A DNA stretch of 64,000 bases from Salinispira sp. (GTDB taxonomy: Bacteria > Spirochaetota > Spirochaetia > DSM-27196 > Salinispiraceae): the NCBI GenBank assembly GCA_965602015.1, contig OZ271918.1, positions 3,232,001 through 3,296,000 of the forward strand, written 5' to 3'. The position numbers were made by a program, and so were the translations under genes. Below the pieces are notes generated by a model that saw only the letters and a program-made list of their open reading frames with translations, did no database searches and was not told where the DNA came from. This document shows, one piece after another, positions 59,432 through 64,000 of this stretch (position 1 is the stretch's first letter; each line of letters opens with the position of its first letter).

Positions 59432-59566
59432 CCTGCGGCGCCTGATGTGAAGCAAACGCGTGACCAGCGGCGGTCCTCGAAACGAAGACCTGTTCACTCA
59501 ATGGGGATTTTCCCCAAGGGCAGGAAGGCGCTGGTTTTTTATTAGGCTGATGTTATACTTCTTAGT

Positions 59567-60301
59567 ATGAAAACCGGCATCGCCGCTTTAGCGCTACTAT
59601 TCGCCCTCGCCGTTCCCTTTAGCGGTTTTGCACAGGAAGATCAGCCCCAAGAGGATGTTCCCGGCTCACCGGCCGCCGCGGTCGAATTCACTCTACAATT
59701 GCGAAGCGGCTTACATTGGCAGGGCCAGAGCGAGGGCACCACCGGAGATCCGGAAAGCGGCGATTTTCCCAACGGCATATCGACAAGTCAGTGGTTTAAC
59801 CACGGAGGCGTGGGGCTGATAATCGGAATACAGCCCTTTCTGAATTTTTCACCGTCGCTTGATTTTTACGTGGATGAATACATCTTTCTGGAAGAGTATG
59901 GCAGAGCCTTTATTACTCAGGCGCAGACCGGGAGCAGTCTCGGGCCATTGGCGACGGTTCTGGTGGTTCAGCTCAATCTCCCCTGGATGATGCGCCTTCC
60001 GCTCAGTGAAAATGCCGGCTTTGACTTTGCGGCCGGCATCAATATAAATCTTCGTATTCCGGCCTTTGCCCTCGACGGAACCAGCGACACCGGACCAATC
60101 GCTTCCTATCTGCTGGGCGGCGGGCGCTTCTTGAATTTGTACCTGGAGCCGGGGTTTTCCTTCGGCCTCTCCGAGTCCATCGGGTTCAGCCTGGCTGTCC
60201 GCAGCCTATTGCCGGTCTGGCAGCTCTGGGACCCCGCCGGTTCACCGTTCTGGGACAGTCTGTACGCCGGCCTTGTGCTGGGAATTACATTTAATCTTTA
60301 G
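59567..60301 (+). CDS. Putative outer-membrane beta-barrel protein
   Basis: Signal peptide ending GFA-Q; alternating amphipathic strands; C-terminal YAGLVLGITFNL. Confidence 0.6.
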   Translation: MKTGIAALALLFALAVPFSGFAQEDQPQEDVPGSPAAAVEFTLQLRSGLHWQGQSEGTTGDPESGDFPNGISTSQWFNHGGVGLIIGIQPFLNFSPSLDFYVDEYIFLEEYGRAFITQAQTGSSLGPLATVLVVQLNLPWMMRLPLSENAGFDFAAGININLRIPAFALDGTSDTGPIASYLLGGGRFLNLYLEPGFSFGLSESIGFSLAVRSLLPVWQLWDPAGSPFWDSLYAGLVLGITFNL

Positions 60302-60358
60302 CCTGCAGCCCCGTGCATCCAGATCCGAGCCTCGGCCATCAGCCGAAAGAAGAGAACA

Positions 60359-61597
60359 CTAGTTTCGCATTTCGCGTACCGAGGCATTCTCAATCAGCGA
60401 TTCGTGATCTGCTACGAGCTGGGTATTCATCAGCACGACCATGACATCCAGTAACACCGCAATTGAAGTGAGAATAGGGGCAATAGGCAGAAGAATGAGG
60501 AAGCCCTCCTCCAGTCCCTGCCCATACCAGGTAGAAATTACCGAAAGGCTGACCACCATGGCGTTGCCCGGAACCGTGCCGAGCATAAAACTAATGAGGA
60601 TGCTGCTACCCATAATCCACAGATATTGAAGCAGGGATATATCGAGACTGGAATATGATCTGAGTATGAGAATAAAACTGATGGTGGTGACCAACGCGGT
60701 TCCGCTGCGGCTGAATATCGCTCCGAGGGGCATGGCGGAATAGCTCGCTTTCCGGTTGATCCTCATATTCTCACCGGCAACACCTATTGCTGAACCCAGG
60801 GTGTAATACATATCCCCGGAAAGCAGGGACGATAGGGCGGTCGGCATGGCAGAGAACAGCCAGGCGTAGGGGTTGCGCTTTCTGTCGCCCAGCAAAAACA
60901 CAATCCCCGGCAGCAACGCGAAAATCACGAACAGCGCCGCCCCCAACACAACAAGCAGAAGCTGACTGAACAGTTCGAGGTCTGCCATGCCCCTCAGCTG
61001 GGTGGTCCGATAGGCGGTCATAAAAAAGATTCCCACACTCAGAATCTCAAGCATAATGCGGTTCATTGAGAAAACTACCCGGGACAGGCTCTCGAAAATA
61101 TCGACAACAGGTGCGGAAATCGATCGGTTATACAGGAGTCCCAGGCCCAGGAGAATGGCAAAAATAAAGACCGGCAGAAGAAAATCGCCGCTGTTGCTGA
61201 AAATTGAAAACAGGTTTTTCGGGAAAACCTGAGTGAGCTGCTCTCCAAAACCCGGGAGATTCCGCACCTCGGTTTCCTCGATAATTATGGGCACCCTTTC
61301 AGGTGAAAAAACAGCGACAAAAACCGCCGCAATAACGCTGGCCGCGCCGGCAGACAGCATGGAATACCCCATCATCCGTCCGTACAGCGGGAGAAATTTT
61401 TTCTCCATCCACAATTCGTAACTGCTAATTACCAGCCCGAAAAAAACCAGGGGGAATACCAGGTAGCGTCCGATGTGCAATACATAATTGTTAACTGTGA
61501 CAAAAAAGACTTCGGTATCGCCGCCGTTCAACGGGAGAAAAAGACCAAGAATTGCACCGAGGGAGGCGCCGATGAGATATTTAAGCCAAAGTTTCAT
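60359..61597 (-). CDS. Dicarboxylate/amino acid:cation symporter (DAACS) family, divergent
   Basis: LVFPLVFFGL, FPKNLF, PLGAIFSRSGTA, GTVPG motifs; multiple TM. Confidence 0.8.
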   Translation of the reverse strand: MKLWLKYLIGASLGAILGLFLPLNGGDTEVFFVTVNNYVLHIGRYLVFPLVFFGLVISSYELWMEKKFLPLYGRMMGYSMLSAGAASVIAAVFVAVFSPERVPIIIEETEVRNLPGFGEQLTQVFPKNLFSIFSNSGDFLLPVFIFAILLGLGLLYNRSISAPVVDIFESLSRVVFSMNRIMLEILSVGIFFMTAYRTTQLRGMADLELFSQLLLVVLGAALFVIFALLPGIVFLLGDRKRNPYAWLFSAMPTALSSLLSGDMYYTLGSAIGVAGENMRINRKASYSAMPLGAIFSRSGTALVTTISFILILRSYSSLDISLLQYLWIMGSSILISFMLGTVPGNAMVVSLSVISTWYGQGLEEGFLILLPIAPILTSIAVLLDVMVVLMNTQLVADHESLIENASVREMRN

Positions 61598-61651
61598 ACA
61601 TGGAGATTACCTCAAAGCAAGGTCGAGGGCAATGCTCAGTTCGCAGTCCGA

Positions 61652-62302
61652 TTAGCGGCCGAGGGAAAATAAGCCGCCGCGGTTCTTGAGAGGGTACCAC
61701 CTACCCGAGGGCTTGTTCTCGAGAATTCCCTGACAGATATGATCAGCAAAATCATCGGCCGATACATCCCGGGCGCTGAAGCCCCGAAGAACTGTGGTAT
61801 CCTGGCTGTAGTAGGCGAACAGACTGTTTGCCGCTGCTTCGACCCCGCCGTACACCAGAGAGTCCATCGGTCCGGAAACTTCCGGGCCGCTGTTTTGAAG
61901 GACGATATTTATGGAGCCCGACCCGATGCGGTTAAAGTACGCCATCGCTTCTTTTACCAGGAACATAAAGCCCTTGATATCTCCATCAATGCGCTCTTCG
62001 ATTTGCCGGCTGCTGATGCTTTGAATGGTTTCATCAGTCGCCATGATGCTCTGAACGATGAGAAGGTGATTAACAGTAATTTTCCGGTTCGAAAGCTCGA
62101 GGAAAAGCGAGCGGGAGGAAATGGGCGAACGCCGCTCATGCTCAAGCAGGATGAGAGATTCTTCATCGGCATCGGGGAAAATTATTTCCTCGTTTTCCCG
62201 TTCTATTCCCGCGATAACCTTTCGTTGGTTTTTTAACAGTCGGCTAACCAGGCTGCGGCTGAGCGGGCTTTGATTTCCTGTTATCAGAAGGGTCTCATCC
62301 AT
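61652..62302 (-). CDS. Degenerate SDR-like Rossmann-fold protein
   Basis: TLLITGNQSPLSRSLV, IDGDIKGFMFLVKEA, GSINIV; lacks GxxxGxG and YxxxK. Confidence 0.6.
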   Translation of the reverse strand: MDETLLITGNQSPLSRSLVSRLLKNQRKVIAGIERENEEIIFPDADEESLILLEHERRSPISSRSLFLELSNRKITVNHLLIVQSIMATDETIQSISSRQIEERIDGDIKGFMFLVKEAMAYFNRIGSGSINIVLQNSGPEVSGPMDSLVYGGVEAAANSLFAYYSQDTTVLRGFSARDVSADDFADHICQGILENKPSGRWYPLKNRGGLFSLGR

Positions 62303-62366
62303 GGTATGTTGAGTCTATATTCAGGCATTTGCAGGGTCAAGGGCAAAGGATTTTCAGGAGACTGGC

Positions 62367-64000
62367 ATGAACATCGCCATTGGGCAGATTAACTCGGTTA
62401 TCGGCGATTTCGCCGGAAATGTGGAAAAAATCATCAGTTATTCAAAGAAGGCTGTATCTTCCGGCGCTGAGATTATCGTATTTCCCGAACTTGCGGTCTG
62501 CGGGTATCCGCCGATGGATCTCCTGGACCATCCGGCCTTCCTTCAGGAAAATCTCCAGGCGCTGCGACGGCTCCAGCACGAGCTTCCGGCCGACATTGCT
62601 GTGCTGGTCGGGTATGTGGAAAAGAACCCGGGACTCAGCGGTAAAGCCCTGCAAAATTGCGCTGCGGCGATTTACAATGGAAACATCGTTCACCGTCAGG
62701 CGAAGACCCTGTTACCTACCTATGACGTGTTTGACGAGGCCCGGTATTTTGAACCCGCCCATGAACGCCGTCTCTGGATACACAAGGGCATTAAGATCGG
62801 CATCGCGATCTGCGAGGATCTCTGGTGGGAGAACGAGGAAGCGCAAAACCTGCGATACCCCGTCGATCCGGTGAGTGAGCTCCTCGATGCCGGCGCCCGG
62901 ATGATTCTCGTACCTTCGGCGAGCCCCTTCCACGCTGGAAAACTGGCGACCCGGGCCCGGCTAATCCGTGATGTGGGGGTATCAAGCGCTGCGCCGGTGG
63001 TCTACGCAAATCTGGTGGGCGCCAATGACAATCTCATTTTCGACGGCAGATCACTGATTTCCGACACAAGGGGCGACATTCACGCCATGGCCAGGGAATT
63101 CGAGGAAGATCTGCTGATCAGCGATGTTCCGGAAATCGGCAACAAGGTTTCTCCGGCAGTCGATAAATACCGGGAGATCGAAGCGGCTCTTGTGCTGGGC
63201 ATCCGGGATTACCTGGCGAAAACCGGTTTTCAGCGGGTTCATCTCGGATTATCCGGAGGAGTTGACTCCGCCCTGGTTCTGGCACTCGCCGTCCGGGCTC
63301 TGGGTCCCGATAAGGTCGAGGCCTTTATGCTCCCAAGCCAGTATTCGTCGAGCGGCAGCATAACCGACTCAGAAAAGCTCTGTGAAAACCTGGGATTGAC
63401 TCCCCGAACAATCCCCATAGAGGAGCTGTACCACAGTTTCGAGAGGGCTCTGGAACCGCATTTCGCCGGTCTGGAAGCGGGTCTCGCCGAAGAAAATATA
63501 CAGGCGAGAATCCGGGGAAATCTGCTCATGGCATACTCAAACAAATTTGCAAGTCTGGTTCTCACCACGGGCAACAAATCAGAGCTCGGAGTCGGATACT
63601 GCACCTTGTATGGAGATATGGCCGGTTCACTGGCGGTAATCGGCGATCTTTTTAAGACCGAGGTATATGAACTGTGCCGATATATAAACAGGGATGGGGA
63701 AGTAATTCCCGAAAGCATTCTTACCAAGGCGCCCTCGGCGGAACTTCGCCCGGATCAGAAGGATGAAGACAGCCTTCCGCCGTATGAACTCTTGGACGAG
63801 CTGCTTCGGCTCTATCTGCTCAAGGGCTACACCGCCCGGGAACTGGTTGGTTTAGGACATGATGAGGAGCTGGTCCGCCGGGTAATCGGCCTTGTAGCCC
63901 GATCGGAATACAAGCGCCGTCAGGCACCGCCGGTACTCAAGGTGTCGCCAAAGGCCTTCGGCACCGGCCGGCGGATTCCCATTGCCCGGAGCATGTACGA
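62367..64000 (+). CDS. nadE: Glutamine-dependent NAD+ synthetase (runs off the window end)
   Basis: Translated by hand from ATG 62367 (SD AGGAG): MNIAIGQIN..., FPELAVCGYPPMDLL, KTLLPTYDVFDEARYF, ICEDLW, GLSGGVDS, ENIQARIRG, TGNKSE, APSAELRPDQKDEDSLPPY. Confidence 0.96.
   Translation, partial: MNIAIGQINSVIGDFAGNVEKIISYSKKAVSSGAEIIVFPELAVCGYPPMDLLDHPAFLQENLQALRRLQHELPADIAVLVGYVEKNPGLSGKALQNCAAAIYNGNIVHRQAKTLLPTYDVFDEARYFEPAHERRLWIHKGIKIGIAICEDLWWENEEAQNLRYPVDPVSELLDAGARMILVPSASPFHAGKLATRARLIRDVGVSSAAPVVYANLVGANDNLIFDGRSLISDTRGDIHAMAREFEEDLLISDVPEIGNKVSPAVDKYREIEAALVLGIRDYLAKTGFQRVHLGLSGGVDSALVLALAVRALGPDKVEAFMLPSQYSSSGSITDSEKLCENLGLTPRTIPIEELYHSFERALEPHFAGLEAGLAEENIQARIRGNLLMAYSNKFASLVLTTGNKSELGVGYCTLYGDMAGSLAVIGDLFKTEVYELCRYINRDGEVIPESILTKAPSAELRPDQKDEDSLPPYELLDELLRLYLLKGYTARELVGLGHDEELVRRVIGLVARSEYKRRQAPPVLKVSPKAFGTGRRIPIARSMY

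Noticed and set aside
59440..59490. Possible hammerhead ribozyme (CTGATG...CGAAAC)
   Set aside because: Core reads CTGATGT rather than CUGANGA, and I could not build the three required stems
1..64000. CRISPR arrays, tRNA/rRNA genes, IS elements, prophage or defence genes
   Set aside because: No regularly spaced repeats, cloverleaf or rRNA-like tracts, or transposase/integrase/phage motifs seen by eye; intergenic gaps are mostly short

Overview
A 64-kb stretch of core bacterial chromosome, inferred to be a free-living spirochaete (Spirochaetia-like). The inference rests on DUF2259, FapA/DUF342, a STAS-zinc-ribbon protein, Asp-type MurA and archaeal/eukaryotic-type ProRS. About 57 CDS are present, mostly housekeeping: tkt, leuB, hisE/hisA, pyrC, thrC/aspartokinase, murA, rsmE, an S41 protease, lgt/lnt, rpmG/rpmB, three-gene pnt, proS and a 3'-truncated nadE. 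I saw no tRNA/rRNA, CRISPR array, transposase or prophage. The most notable observations: (1) two tandem pairs of same-strand DnaA boxes flank an AT-rich tract between convergent genes (25.8-26.0 kb), with no dnaA in the window; (2) a two-gene operon encodes a degenerate PLP fold-II domain fused to an intact GNAT acetyltransferase plus a RocB-like M20 amidohydrolase; (3) a perfect 22-bp palindrome fills the promoter spacer of the Cys-poor rpmG-rpmB operon; (4) -10 boxes sit 6-9 nt before many start codons, suggesting widespread leaderless mRNAs; (5) a coupled operon holds two divergent LptF/G-like membrane proteins (one with a TPR insert) and a DjlA-like co-chaperone; (6) several apparent pseudo-enzyme domains (HisI, CCA-type nucleotidyltransferase head, SDR). 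All family calls come from motif recognition by eye; no database searches were run.
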